Below are positions 11,494 to 24,209 of a stretch of DNA of 64,000 nt, in pieces; the first letter of the stretch is position 1; the number at the start of each line of letters is the position of its first letter. The stretch comes from Eledone cirrhosa. Its lineage: Eukaryota. The DNA lies in contig OZ024741.1 of the NCBI GenBank assembly GCA_964016885.1, forward strand, positions 69,626,001 to 69,690,000, given 5' to 3'. The position numbers and the translations under genes are program-made. Under the pieces are notes generated by a model, which had not been told where the DNA came from, did not search any database, and saw only the letters and a list, made by a program, of their open reading frames with translations.

Positions 11494-11531
11494 GCCCTGA
11501 TGAGTCCTTAATAGGACGAAACATTGTTGGC
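11494..11531 (+). ncRNA. Minimal type I hammerhead ribozyme with canonical core
   Basis: GCC-CTGATGA-GTCCT(TAAT)AGGAC-GAAAC-ATT-GTT-GGC, followed by AATAAA and (TA)n. Confidence 0.88.
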
Positions 11532-11585
11532 TAATAAAGACTTTTGATGTATTGAAGGCTTCTTTGGTTTATTTTTTATAATTTT

Positions 11586-11651
<66 letters not shown>

Positions 11652-12084
11652 GGTATAGAAAGTATTGTAACAAGAAGCCAACAGTATTCTATAATATATA
11701 AGTGACTATAGCGTCAAAATGGGGAAAATAGTTAACGCAAGATGTGGGAAAAATAATTCAAACTAAATTCAAAAAGAATCAGGATATAGATTTATCCAAC
11801 AGAATTTAGTGAAATCCAGGGAAAAATCAATAGAGCCTTAACTCATGATAAAATAAAGTTTAAAATACTCATCCCTTCAATTTCGGACAACTACAAATGC
11901 TCTGTATAGTCTTGAAAAAGATTATTTCACGTAAACTTTCAGTGGAGATGGTCACGGTTGGAATACGATCATCAGCAGAGCTCAACACGATAGCCAGATT
12001 CTCACTGATTAATATGCCAAAAAGGGAATTTAAAAGCAGGCTAGTTTAACATCATGCGTGATTATGAAAATAAAACGCACATGT

Positions 12085-12086
<2 letters not shown>

Positions 12087-12167
<81 letters not shown>
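12087..12167. repeat. (GA)n microsatellite
   Basis: Direct sequence. Confidence 0.95.
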
Positions 12168-12172
<5 letters not shown>

Positions 12173-12459
12173 GGAAAAGAATTAGCAGATGGGTTGAGGT
12201 AGGAGTATACATACTGACCATAGTAGTAGCTAAAGAGTAAGAGCTACAAATAACAGCGCGAACGCAAACATACATGTGCTCATGCACACTAAGATACAAA
12301 CAAACATATATGCACACGCACATACACCCTAACATACAAACACACACAGACAGACATGCACCCATTCATGCTATCGTCTGTTAACGAACAGCGAATGTTT
12401 TTTAGGGTTTGAACAAAGTTTACGTTTTACATTTTTCTTTTTCTTCGTTGGTTTTCATT

Positions 12460-12667
12460 AGCATGGATCGGCAGTATTGGTAGAGTGTCGGACAACATGC
12501 TTTACTGCTTAGGGTTTTGCCCCATTACGATCTGAGTTCAAATCCTGCCGAGGTTAACTTTGCCTTTCATCTTTATGGGAGTCGATAAAATAAAGTTCAG
12601 CAATGCACTGGGGTCAATTTAATCGACTTTCCCTGTTGGCCTTGTGCCCTAAATCAGAAACCAATAT
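12460..12667 (+). mobile_element. tRNA-derived SINE
   Basis: A/B-box-like head and GCCTTTCATC...GTCGATAAAATAAAGT core. Confidence 0.85.
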
Positions 12668-13994
12668 CTTATGATACAGTTGTGAATGGGATGCTGGCAA
12701 ATACTTTGGTAAGAGACACCAGTCAGTGACTCCCTCCCACATCATGGATGCCGCGATAAATGTGGGGGTCACTGCTTCCGTTGCCGGACGGAATAAAATT
12801 CGGAAATACCTGGATCTATTTAATTTTTCCAGCCTGAATACCTGGATCTATTTACTTTTTCCAGCCTGTGACGTTCAAGTCGTTTGGTGGTACTGCTGCG
12901 AGCATACTTGCTTGTCTCAAATATTTTGTTGACCCTTGAGACGTGCGGCTGATTGTCGCACTTGGTGGTGAATTAATGATTTTGTTTTTGCATCCCTCTT
13001 CTTTTTGTCTTCTTTCTCTCGTTCTGGTCATATATTTTAATATTTAAAAATATTCAATTTATTCATTTATTTTATTCGAGATACTTTTAAGAAGAGAGAT
13101 CAAATCTCGCCGAAGCCGAAATCACCTTTCATAGTTTCAAGAAAAGTACCAGTTCAAGAATGGGGTGGACCCCCCCTCCCCTCCCCCTCTCTCTCTACAC
13201 GCACACACACATATATATATCAAATGAAAAAGATATATGTATATATATAGAAAGAGAAAGGACTATGTTCTGATTCATTACATTTGTATATATATATATA
13301 TATATTTATTTATCTCTCTCTGGGGGGAAAAGCTAGCTGTGTTCGGACGTGGGAAGAGACAGGCTCCTCCAGGTTTAAAATGCTATCACATGCTGTATAT
13401 CATTATGATGCCAGCACGTCTCCATCGGAGGTTACAGATCCATCAATACACACATTTTTAGCTGGTCGAGCGACCAAATAAAATCTCATTTAACCAGACA
13501 ACGATTAAAGGAGAGAATTCGTACATGCAGAAGTATGTTTTAAGATTTATTTCCCCTCGACTCTTCAATTTATCTGATTTTGCTAATGTATTTTTCTTTT
13601 CTTTAGAAATTTTATTCACAGCTGTGTGAATAACATTACAAATTGTTTTTAATTCTTACAGAACAAAAATATAAATAATATATACAATTATTGTCAGGAG
13701 CCTTATAAATATAATATACAAAATATATAAACAAAGCAGGGGAGAAAAAAAAATTCAATACAATGTGCTACCAATCGGCCGCACACCAGAAGGGTCAACA
13801 GAATTTTTTTAGGCAAGCAAACGCACTCGCAGTATTACTGAGGGGGATGGCGTGGCTAAGGCGCTGAAACAACCAAGTACCCTCACTGTCAGCAGCCGAG
13901 CCACACCAAATGTCTCGAACGTCAGAAGCTAGAAAAAAATAGTTATTGAAGTGATTTCAGCTTCATTGTAATTAATATTGCTCGATTTCAGAAC

Positions 13995-14227
13995 GGTGGA
14001 TTGGCAGTATCGATAGCGGGTCGAACGCCATGCTTTGCAGCATAGAGTTACGGCCCTTTATGATCGGAGTTCAAATCCCGCGGTGGTTAACTTTGCCTTT
14101 CATCCTTACGGAGTCGATAAAATAAAGTACCAGTCACGCACTGGCGTCGATTTAATCGACTTTCTCCCCCCCCCCCCCAAAAAAAAAAAAAAATTTGCTG
14201 GCCATGTGCCTATATAAGAAACCAATA
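13995..14227 (+). mobile_element. tRNA-derived SINE
   Basis: Same family as 8198-8343 and 12460-12667. Confidence 0.87.
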
Positions 14228-14596
14228 TTGCTCAATTTCTACATTTCTAAAGCTGAGTTTATAGTATTACTGCTACGTATATATAAACAGGATACACGCT
14301 GCTAATCTCCTTGATTTTTTCTTTTTTGTTCTTTTTTTTTTTTACAACACTCCACTAACTTGCATATTTATAGAAGTATTTTGAATATGTGGTGAAATTG
14401 TTGCTTTGAACCCATTCATCCCTGATCCAGCAAACACCATCACCATCACCCATTAACGACTATTATTTCATGATTGCATGGGTTAGATGGGTTGTAAAAT
14501 AAGTGAGACTAAATAGCCTAGGTGACCACGTCTTTCTTATACGTTCTATTTTTCACTTGATTTTCTATGGCTGGTTGCCCGTCCCAAAACCAATCA

Positions 14597-14774
14597 CAGA
14601 CCTGTCAACTCTCCCTGTCCGACAGGAGATCTTCCACCCACTTTGGGGTGGGTGAGAGATGTCTTCTCTTGTGGAAATGGATATAGCTTTCATTATGTAA
14701 AATCTCGCCATTTTGCCTCATTTCTCCCCGTTTTGGGGCACATTTGTTTGGGATTTTAGAGCTTGGCAGGTCTA
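14597..14774. mobile_element. MITE with short TIRs, inserted into a decayed RTE-tail SINE (about 14435-14820, minus strand)
   Basis: CAGACCTGTCAA...TTGGCAGGTCTA flanked by the direct repeat CAATCA. Confidence 0.65.
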
Positions 14775-14887
14775 CAATCACTTCACAGCGAGTAGTGGGA
14801 TATTTAGATAATTTCCAGCATCAATCATCCTGATTCATTCAATTTATTTATAATAAAAACTGTATAAACATGATATTATTTACAGTA

Positions 14888-15272
14888 ACAATAATAATAA
14901 TTATTATTTTTACTTTTGGCACAAGGCCGGCAATTATCCCCAGTGCATTACTGGTACTTTATTTTATCGACCTCGTAAGTATGAAAGGCAAAGTTAACCT
15001 AGGCGGGATTTGAACTCAGACCATAAAGGGCCGTAACTCTTTGCTGCAAAGTATGGCGTCCGACCCTCTATCGATACTGCCAATCCACCAATAATAATAA
15101 TTGTTTCTACGTTTGGCACAAGGCCAGCAATTATATCAGTGCATTACTGGTACTTTATTTTATCGACCCCGTAAGGATGAAAGGCAAAGTTAACCTCGGC
15201 GGGATTTGAACTCAGAATGGCAAGGGCTGTAACTCTATACGTCAAAGCAAAGCGTCCGACCCTCTACCGATT
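14888..15272 (-). mobile_element. Two tandem tRNA-derived SINEs with (ATT)n tails
   Basis: Reverse-complement copies at about 14888-15089 and 15090-15272. Confidence 0.87.
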
Positions 15273-15334
15273 AATAATAATTGTTTCTCCTTTTTTTTTT
15301 TTCTACTTTTAATAATAATGGTTTCGACAACTAT

Positions 15335-16445
15335 ATGCTTTCTTTATTAACCACAAGGGTTGACACAAAGTATAACATTAAGGACAACACAGGACAATAC
15401 AAATGGGCATTTCTGCGTGTAAAAAAGCAACAATGAAAAAAAGAAACAATGAAAAAAAAGAAACAATGAAAAAAAGAAACAATGAAAAAATTCCCCAATA
15501 GAGGGGAGATCTCCGAGGGTCGCTCGTAGAGAAAGCCCACAAGAAAAGCCACGGTTACCCTGACCGCTAGGGCAAACGCCCTCTTCCAGTCTTCCTCCTA
15601 CGATGCTACGGGCCATTCTTGGCTCTCTCACCCACCTTTCAACAAACTGGCTGGAAGTCAGCACTTCCCTCTCCACCCTGATTTTCCTTTTCAGGTGAAA
15701 CCTGAAAAAGTTAATGAGGGCGTCATCGAAGAGGAAAGTACCCGTCTTCAACCCTTTCAGACGTATCTACCATACGATCTCTTTTACCATGGCCACCAGG
15801 CAGATAAAAACTGCCTGCACTTCTCGGCTAAAGAAGGCGGCGGGACAATTCTCACGATGGATTCAGCTGACAGCAGGTGTTCGGCATAAACCCACAAGTC
15901 AGCAATACTCGGACACTGGACGAATGCGTGCAGGACGGTTTCATCGCCCTGCGCGCATCTCGGACAGACCCGGCTGACGGCACTTCCATGCCTGTAGAGT
16001 TTATCACGAACTGGCAAGGCTCCTGGGTAGCACTGCCAGGCCAGGGATTTCTGAAAGTTGTCCATGGGCCCCGGCCCGAAAGTTCTCTCGAAGAGATTAG
16101 CTGGTTGGTTTTCGTCGACGCCTATAGTTTTCCCAAGGACGTCGTCGCTCTTTCTCTCCACTAACCCTCTATAGAACGCCAAGGTGGAGTTTCCAGCGAT
16201 CGTATTGCCCGACTGGTCGAGGGCTGTAAGCGCCTGAAGACATTCCAGTCACCAAGCACTTCCTCTCGGTCTTCGCCTGACACAGGACTGCAGCTCCGTC
16301 AAGGAGACAAGCTGGGGAAACACGTTTCTAGCAAAGGGTGACCACACCTGATCACCGTCGAGGAAGAGGTGGAGATGTCGTAGCCTGAGCGCATGTCTGC
16401 GCATCATCAGCCACGGCATGCCCAGCCCTCCGCGTAATGGGTGTT
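15335..16445 (-). mobile_element. 3' fragment of an L1/Tx1-like LINE (zf-RVT region), degenerate
   Basis: LAWQCYPGALPVRDKL...CPRCAQGDETVLHAFVQC; AATAAA at the 3' end on the minus strand. Confidence 0.8.
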
Positions 16446-16449
16446 GACA

Positions 16450-17830
16450 GCAGAGAAAGAATAGGGAAATATAGAGAAAAAAGAGAGAAAGAAAGAAGAA
16501 AAAGAACGAGAATGGGAGGGGATGGCAAGAGTTCTGGTTTCGCAGAAGAGAGGAGAGGGTGATTGGGCTTTGGGCCTAGGACAAGAGGGCAGAAGTGTTG
16601 AGCCCCGCAGACAAGACGGCAAAAGCATTCCCGCGGACGATGGCCAGTGACACCCGCTGCAACAGCCACCCAATGTCGCGGGCTTCCTCCTCAGACGGGC
16701 CGCCGACGCTCCGATCTTGCGGAGGAGCTCGGCAGTATGGGGTCCAAGTACGCCTGAGGTCTCGACGGCGGCCGGACAAACCCCGGTATTTGTTTATTTT
16801 ACATTCTTCTGCGAGGCGGGCCGAAGCGACTAAGCTGGAGGCGGAAAACGTGTCGCAGCAGGTGGCGTCCCAGATGAGGGATCTACCGCCTTCGAATGGG
16901 AAGAGGGTGATTTCGTCGGGGCGCTTGCCATCTCCGCGGTCTAGGTCTGCTGGCTCCAGTTGAGATGGAAAGCCAGCTGCGTCCAAGCTTCTCAATATGT
17001 CGTTGAGAGCGGCGTGTCGGGGTAACCGGCTTGCGCTCTGGCGGCAAGATAGAGGATGCAGGCCGAACATGTCAACAACCGCCCCGCAGCGGCATTTATA
17101 TGGTTCACACACGGAGGCCAAGGCTTTGGGCTACTCCGTTGCGAGTGCACTCATCATTAAGAAGGGTACCGGTTGATGAGGAGGGCACCGGATTGAGCCA
17201 CGCACCGCTGTTGGGTTGAGAAGCGGAGCGGAGGCAGGCGAGGCGGTGTTGGTCCAAGTCAGACTCGATCCGCCTGACAGAAGACCTGCAATTGATGTCG
17301 TCCCAGTTATGTTGGACCGTAGTATACTGTGGAATAGAGAGTCCTTCGCTTGTCCAGAGCCTGTTCCATCTTAGAGACCAGGTCAGATTCAGTCGTCTGG
17401 CTGAGAACCTCGCTGACAAGTGCGCGACAGGAAGAGATAGAGGAGAGGTAGGCAGGGAAAGCTAGGTCCGACGCTGATCAGAGGTCGAGGCCACCGAACC
17501 TCGCTGGGAGTGTCGCCTGTTGCCAGCCTGCGCTGTTGAAACTGACATTGCAGATGAGTTCCGCACAACTCAGCGTCGAATGGTAGCGTCAAGTTCCCCG
17601 AGAAGATCTACGTGGGGGTGGCAAGGTGCACCGCACAAAGTGAATGTGAGTAGGAAACAGTTCCTCAAGAGGAATGAGCGTCAATGAGGCGCATCCTCAC
17701 TGCTAATCAGGACAAATCCGCGTGCTTGGTTTCCAGGCATTCTCTTATGGCTTTCGGGGAAATGGGGGAGCCAAGAATGCATGCAGCGTCTTCGGGTGTC
17801 AGCCGAACCCCGGCAGGATGGGGTGGGAGC
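16450..17830 (-). mobile_element. 3' fragment of a CRE-like LINE with zinc knuckle and restriction-like endonuclease, frameshifted
   Basis: ILGSPI, SGAWLNPVP, CRCG..D..GLHPLSC, RHAALND, DGKRPD, LIWDATC, QRVSLAIVRGNA. Confidence 0.87.
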
Positions 17831-18454
17831 AGAGTACGGCGTTGCGGAATTCGTATAACTACATTATCGTTTAAAATGCTAGGGTGTAATTCTAGCAGGT
17901 TGAATGACCACATAGAGATTTCCATTGTGGTGTATTGGTTTATGGATTTAATGATTCATTATATATTTTAAATGAATAGAAAGAGACAATCAAATAAGGG
18001 CATTTACTCCAACGGTAAAACATTGAATTAAATGTCTTTAGTTAATCAAATTTTATTACAGTTGTATAAATTTACAGTAGAATAACGTTGCAAATATGTT
18101 TTAAATAAATACATAAATAACATAACAAATGCGTAAATAACATAAATTGCTCGCAATTATTTCAAAGGGACAAATATGTCTAAACCGTCTATATACAAGT
18201 AAATAATCGAGAATCAGAATCTCGGCCCACGAAATAATGATAAACAATCTTCGACATGTGTGGCAGAGGGCTCAATAGTTTGGATGAACCAGAACTATAA
18301 CTATCGTTAAAATACCAACTCATAGAGACGATGCCTAGATCATTCGCACAGTCGAAAAAAACGACCAGGAAAATTCGGGTCACTCAAATAATAAATTAAT
18401 AAATTAAATGAATATAAATTCATGACGAAAAATGATAAAGGAAATAAAAAAAGA

Positions 18455-18740
18455 ATTCCAGCCTGTGACGTTCGGTGGAGTTGGGCCGCTGACAGCGAAG
18501 TTCTTGTCTTCACTGGCGGCTCGCTTTACTGAGGTATCAAGTGATGCCTGTGAGGGTGCAAAGATATTTCAGCGCCTTAGCCTCGCCATCATCCGTGGTA
18601 ATATTGCGAGCGTGTTGGCTTGCCTGAAAGTGTGCAGTTAACCCCTAAGGTGTGAGGTGCGGCTGATTGTCACACTTGGTGGTGAATTTCCCCCCTCCCC
18701 GTCTTTTTTCTTTTGTTTATCATTTTTGCTCATGAATTTA
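18455..18740 (+). mobile_element. Extreme 3' end of a CRE-like LINE with conserved 3' UTR
   Basis: FQRLSLAIIRGNIASVLACL then GTGCGGCTGATTGTCACACTTGGTGGTGAAT; related tails at 6885-6990 and 12860-13040. Confidence 0.78.
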
Positions 18741-19137
18741 TGTGTTATTATACACGTTTTAGGCATATTTGTCCTTCTGAACGAATAGCGAGCAATTTAT
18801 AATATTATTTACGCATTTGTTATGTTATATTTAAAACATATTTGCAATGTTATTCTACTGTAAATTTATGCAACTATAATAAAATTACTTTAACTTAAGG
18901 CAACTTTTAAATAATTCTAATTCTATTTTAGATATCAGAATTAGTAATTTTATATCTTTAAAGTCGAAAAATGTTTAATATATTTACTTCTATTTTAATT
19001 ATTAATACTAATTTATAAAGTTTTTAATTTCACCATGCCGTTAATCTTATTCTGAACAAGAAAATAGAAAAATTAGTTTTTAAACAGAAGTTTCTACATT
19101 AAAACCCAACTATAAATACTTTTCCAGCCGACGTTCA

Positions 19138-19169
<32 letters not shown>

Positions 19170-19296
19170 AATGGCTTCTACAGGACTAGAACTGTAGAAG
19201 CCATTTCTATATTAAATACTCTGCTATGTATTGAGTACCTTACTGTGGTTACTCCCGATTGAACCCGGGGTAAACTTTTATATATATATATATATA

Positions 19297-19882
19297 TCAT
19301 CATCATCATTTTACGTCTGCTTTTCCCTGCTTGCAAGGGTGGGACGGTCTTATTCAGCACAGCATCTCTCCACTTGTCACGGTCCTTCGTCATCTCCACC
19401 GTGAGCTTCAGTCATCTGAGGTCTGTTCTCACCCCCTCCGCCCATGTTTTTCATGGTCTACTTCTACCACGTCTTCCTTCAACTGGTATTTCCTGGCACT
19501 TCTTCACCCATCGGTCATCCTCAATGCGCATCACATGTCCATACCACCTCAGTCTCTTCTCTCGCACACTACATTCTATCCCTCTCAGACACAGTTTCTC
19601 TCTCAACACATTCATGCTTGGTCGTTCACGCACATTGACATTGCACATCCAACGGAGCATGCTTGCCTCATTTATTTCCAGCCGTCGCATATCCTCTGCA
19701 GTTGCTGCCCATATCTCACTACCATGCAGCATCGCGCTCCTCACACAGGCATCATATAACCGGCCTTTCGTACGCAGGGAGAAACCCTTCTTCGTCAGCT
19801 GCTTCGCTCCCTAAACTTCTTCCAACCCGTCCTTATTCTAGATACGATGACATCAGAACACCCACCTCCCATGCTAATCTGA
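19297..19882 (-). mobile_element. 3' fragment of an RTE-clade LINE with (GAT)n tail
   Basis: MLHGSEIW...MLRWMC...RLRWYGHVMR...RGRSRP. Confidence 0.9.
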
Positions 19883-19914
<32 letters not shown>

Positions 19915-19992
19915 ATAATAAATAGTAGGAAGCTAAGAACGGAGTCCTGATGAACACCAACTTTTATGCTAAACTCTTCACTATAACAACGA

Positions 19993-21447
19993 ATATAGTG
20001 AAGAGTTTAGCGTAAAAGTTGGTGTTCATCAGGGCTCCGTTCTTAGCCCCCTACTATTTATTATTACCCTTCAGGCTATAACAGAGGAGTTCAAGACCGG
20101 CTGCCCATGGGTACTCCTATATGCAGATGATCTAACGCTCATAGCTGAATCAATGGCTGAACTAAAGAAATTCCAAACATGGATGCATGGCCTAGAATCA
20201 AAAGGTCTTAAAGTTAACTTGTCTAAGACTAAAGTTCTAGTTTGTAGGAAGGAAAATAGGGCACCAGTCCCATCTGGGAAATGGCCATGCTCAGTGTGTA
20301 GGAAAGAAACTCCATGTTATGTCCCAAATTCAAAGTATGGGTACATAAAAGATGTAGTGGGATCACAGGTAAGCTAACTAAGAAAGTAGATTTTATATGT
20401 GGCCGGTGCTCTGGTGCAATAAGTAGCAGCAAGTGCCCACAGAATACTAGCTCCTTCTATTGCCCAGAGGGTTCTATAGAAATAGTGGACACCTTCCGTT
20501 ACCTAGGTGACAAAATCAGCAGTGGGGGAGGGTGCTCTGAAAGTACAGTAGCTAGAGTCAGAACTGGATGGAAAAAGTTCAGAGAGCTTATACCACTATT
20601 GACCACTAAAGAGTTCTCTCTGAAAATGAAAGGCAGGCTGTATGATGCCTGCATACGAACAGCAATGTTACATGGCAGTGATACCTGGGCATTGTGTGCA
20701 GAGGATATACGCAGACTGGAGAGGAACGAAGCTTGCATGCTCCGCTGGATGTGTAATAGTAATATACGTGAACGGCAAAGCATAAACGAACTAAGGGAGA
20801 AATTAGGAATAAGAGGGATCAGATGTTGTTTACTCAAGAGAAGACTACGTTGGTACGGTCACGTGATGCGCATGAAAGACGACAGCTGTTTAAAAAAGTG
20901 CAGGGCGATAAAAATAGACGGTAGCCACCGAGTAGGCAGACCCAGATAAACCTGGGACGACTTGATAAATTCCGACCTCACACACACCTCTCCAAGACAA
21001 TGTCACTGGACCGAGATCTTTGGCGCTACTCAGTAATACAGAAGACCCGCCTTGCCTAAGTACAAAGCGAAAACCTACAGTCAGTAGGCACCTCTAACAA
21101 AAATACACCCCTTCCCACTACCCCCACGACATCCACACCACCCCCTTCTATGTGAAGTTATGTTGGTACCACAACATCCAGTCCGAAACAAATGAGGTCG
21201 TGTAGGTGTCACGATAAAAAAACACACAGTCCACGCTGTAATGTGGCCGTGTAGGTAACACGGTAAAAACCTCCCAGTCCACACTGTAAACGTGGTTGGT
21301 GTTAGGAAGAGCATCCAGCCCTAGAAAACCCGCCAGACAGTCCTATACGAGCAGGACAACCAATCTTGCCTCAATTGGGAAAACTCCCGTCCAAACCCAT
21401 GCAATCGTGGAAGATGGACGTTAAACGATGATGATGATGATGATGAT
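19993..21447 (+). mobile_element. 5'-truncated RTE-clade LINE (RT C-terminal half, frameshifted) with 3' UTR and (GAT)n tail
   Basis: VGVHQGSVLSPLLF, LYADDL, GLKVNLSKTK, FRYLGD, LRWYGHVMR; the 3' UTR carries about two 46-bp units. Confidence 0.92.
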
Positions 21448-22089
21448 GTATGTAGCGAGATCTATCCATGCCTTGAACCTTGGGTGACACCTAAAGGTCA
21501 AATTCTAGGTCACCACCCTTTTGGTGTGAACAGTTCATGCGTGGGCTATCCCCTCAAGGTGGGAGACAGAAAGCAACAGGTACATAAAGTCTATATTTTC
21601 CCACTTTACAACAGAGAGATCGGAGCACCATGATACAGACTAGCTATGTGAAAGATTCACCGCTACCTACAGGCCACAGTGGTCTACAGTCAACTACAGA
21701 CCATTCAGAGGTCTACATACCATTACTCTCTCTCTCTCTTGGTCGCAGACTACACCAGCCTCATGAACCAACAACAAAATAACATTGTCAACCTTCGCAA
21801 CTCATGGTAATATGTTTATTGTTCTTTTTGATTGAAGTGAAGTAAACCTTTTTACATATAAAGTAAATCGGCCATTCTTGTTATTATGTCTAACAATCAT
21901 GTTATAATCATTCTAATCACTATAATACCTATCGTTAAATGTATATGTATATAGTGAAATTCCGTGACAACAGAATACACGGGGTATAAAAATAATTTGT
22001 TGTAACAAAAAATTCTTTATAACACGATTGTTCAGAACAGAATGTCAAGTTGCTACATGTGTGTTTTGGGGGAGTAAGAACCACTTTAA

Positions 22090-22582
22090 CTCTTTAGCAT
22101 TTAAACCGGCCGTATCCGGCTATAATTCTCTCAACTCTTTCTGTTCAAACTGGCTACAACTGGCTGCTCATAGTGATGTTAAGGTATTGTTCTCAAAATA
22201 AATAACATCAAAATCTCATAGATTCAATATTATATGAGATAATTATGAGAGATTCAGCCTTTACTGTGAAAATATAATAGTAGATATAGAGTAATCATCA
22301 TCATCATCATCTTCATTTAACGTCCATCTTCCACACTTGCATGGGTTAGATGGGAGTTGTCCGAATTGAGGCAAGGTTGGTCGGGTGACCGTGTCTCGCT
22401 CATACAGGACTATCTGGCAGGTTTTCTACGGCTGGATGCCCTTCCTAACATCAACCACATTTACAGTGTGGAACTGGGAACTTTTTACTGTGTTACCCAC
22501 ATTACAGCGTGGACTGTGTGTTTTTTTGTTGTGACACCTACACAATCTCGATATCATTCTCATTATTGTAAATGCTAATGGG
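22090..22582. mobile_element. piggyBac-like MITE (TTAA-flanked) carrying an RTE-tail SINE insertion (22295-22545, minus strand)
   Basis: TTAA-CTCTTTAGCATTTA...TAAATGCTAATGGG-TTAA; the insert matches the reverse complement of 21200-21447. Confidence 0.72.
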
Positions 22583-23727
22583 TTAAAGTTTTCTGTCCAG
22601 AGAAAGAAGAAAGAGGATAGCAAGCAATAGCAGATGCTAGAGGCTGTTTCCAGAGCATTACCACTGGTTGCATTTCTGAGAACAACTTGAGTGGAAGAAA
22701 TCACCTCGTTTTCAGCTCTAGTTGAAGAGATATAATCTGGAACTCATTTGGTTTAATTCATTTGGTTGTCATTTGAATGGGGAGTTTCTATATGGCTGCT
22801 GAACCAGTTAGAAATAGCAGCCAAATCACACTATTGTTCTAAAGAAACACTGAATGGTGTAATCCTAGATATATCCTTCAAAAGTCAGGGTGGTCACGGC
22901 TGGAACTACCTAAATCAAAAACACTCCAGCCAGGCATTAAAAACTGTTTTCATCATTGTATAGTTCTGTTGCAAGCTACTTTCCTTTGGTGCATTGATAC
23001 CCTGTCTGTGCGTGATTTGACTAAGTCAGGTCAATCGTGATCTGCGCACGGATATGTATTTTCAACTTCCGCCCAAACCGAGACTTTCCCACGACTTTTA
23101 ATAAACTAATTCTCTTTGTGCTTTGACCGTGGTAAGGTAAACAACCATTTTGTTTTTGCTCCGCAACTATTAACCAATATGTAACACAAAAGTGTAACCA
23201 CGGGCCCGGCCAACACCTTCGCCAGTGGACCGTGCCTTCTGAAACCTTAATTTGTTTGTTTCATTTGTTTTGGCATGCCAGTTCAATCTAGCTCTTCTCA
23301 CCTTAACTTTTGTTAATAAATTATGTAAAAACATGCTAAAGTCTTCTGATGCTATTTACCACAGCCATTGCCTTTAAATGTGATATGGAAAGATTCTTTC
23401 CAGAGTTATATTCACAGCAGCAACAGAACTTGAGACTTACAGCTGAACCTCAATTCAACTTACATGTATTGATATAACAAACCATACCTTTCCTATTACA
23501 ACAAACTACATATTATCGTCGACATCATTTTACATATTGCTTGAGTTCCACCTACAAAAGATTTTACATAAATTATCAAAAGATAACAGTTTGCAGAAAG
23601 AAAGTAATCAATGAAATTTGGCTGTTATTTCTAACAGGTTCAGTGACCATGTAGAAGATCTACTTTCAAATGTATGTCTATTTGTATGTATGTATAAATG
23701 TACATATGTATGTGTGTATGCATGTAA

Positions 23728-23918
23728 GCTGAAAAGTTCTTAGGCTGACCAAGATACTCTCATGGAATGACCAAATGAGGTTTATTTTTCAACATAATCC
23801 CTGGAAAAAAACAATGCAGTTATTAATAAGAAGAGTTGAAATTAATGCTTGCAAGATTTCATTGCTCTAGCATCATTCCTTCATAGCTAGCCTATGAACT
23901 TTTCAGCCCACCTTCATA
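23728..23918. mobile_element. Decayed mariner-like MITE
   Basis: Inverted ends GCTGAAAAGTTC / GAACTTTTCAGC. Confidence 0.55.
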
Positions 23919-24209
23919 TGTGTGGATGTATACTTGTGTATGTATGCATGGCTGGAGTGTCTTTCATCAGTTATTCCAGCCATGACCACTCTGTCTTTTA
24001 AAGGTATATATCTAGGAATACATTATTCAAAGTCTAGTGTGATTTGGCTGCTGTTTCTAACAGGTTCAGCCTCTATGTAGAAGATCAACTGTCTTGCTCA
24101 TATGTTACATTTTTTCATGGTTTCTACTGCTAGATGACCTTCCTAATGACAACCATTTTATTGTGGCACTGCTACTACCTCCTGTTTCTATGTATGATGA
24201 TATATATAT

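Noticed and set aside
11935-11976. Minus-strand CTGATGA...GAAA hammerhead candidate
   Set aside because: Stems I-III could not be formed; the sequence resembles a decayed repeat also seen near 22890
13995-14090. tRNA gene
   Set aside because: A/B-box-like motifs belong to SINE heads; no cloverleaf
21749-21806. Host micro-exon (pyrimidine tract-CAG ... GTAATA)
   Set aside because: Splice-like signals only; no recognisable peptide or partner exons
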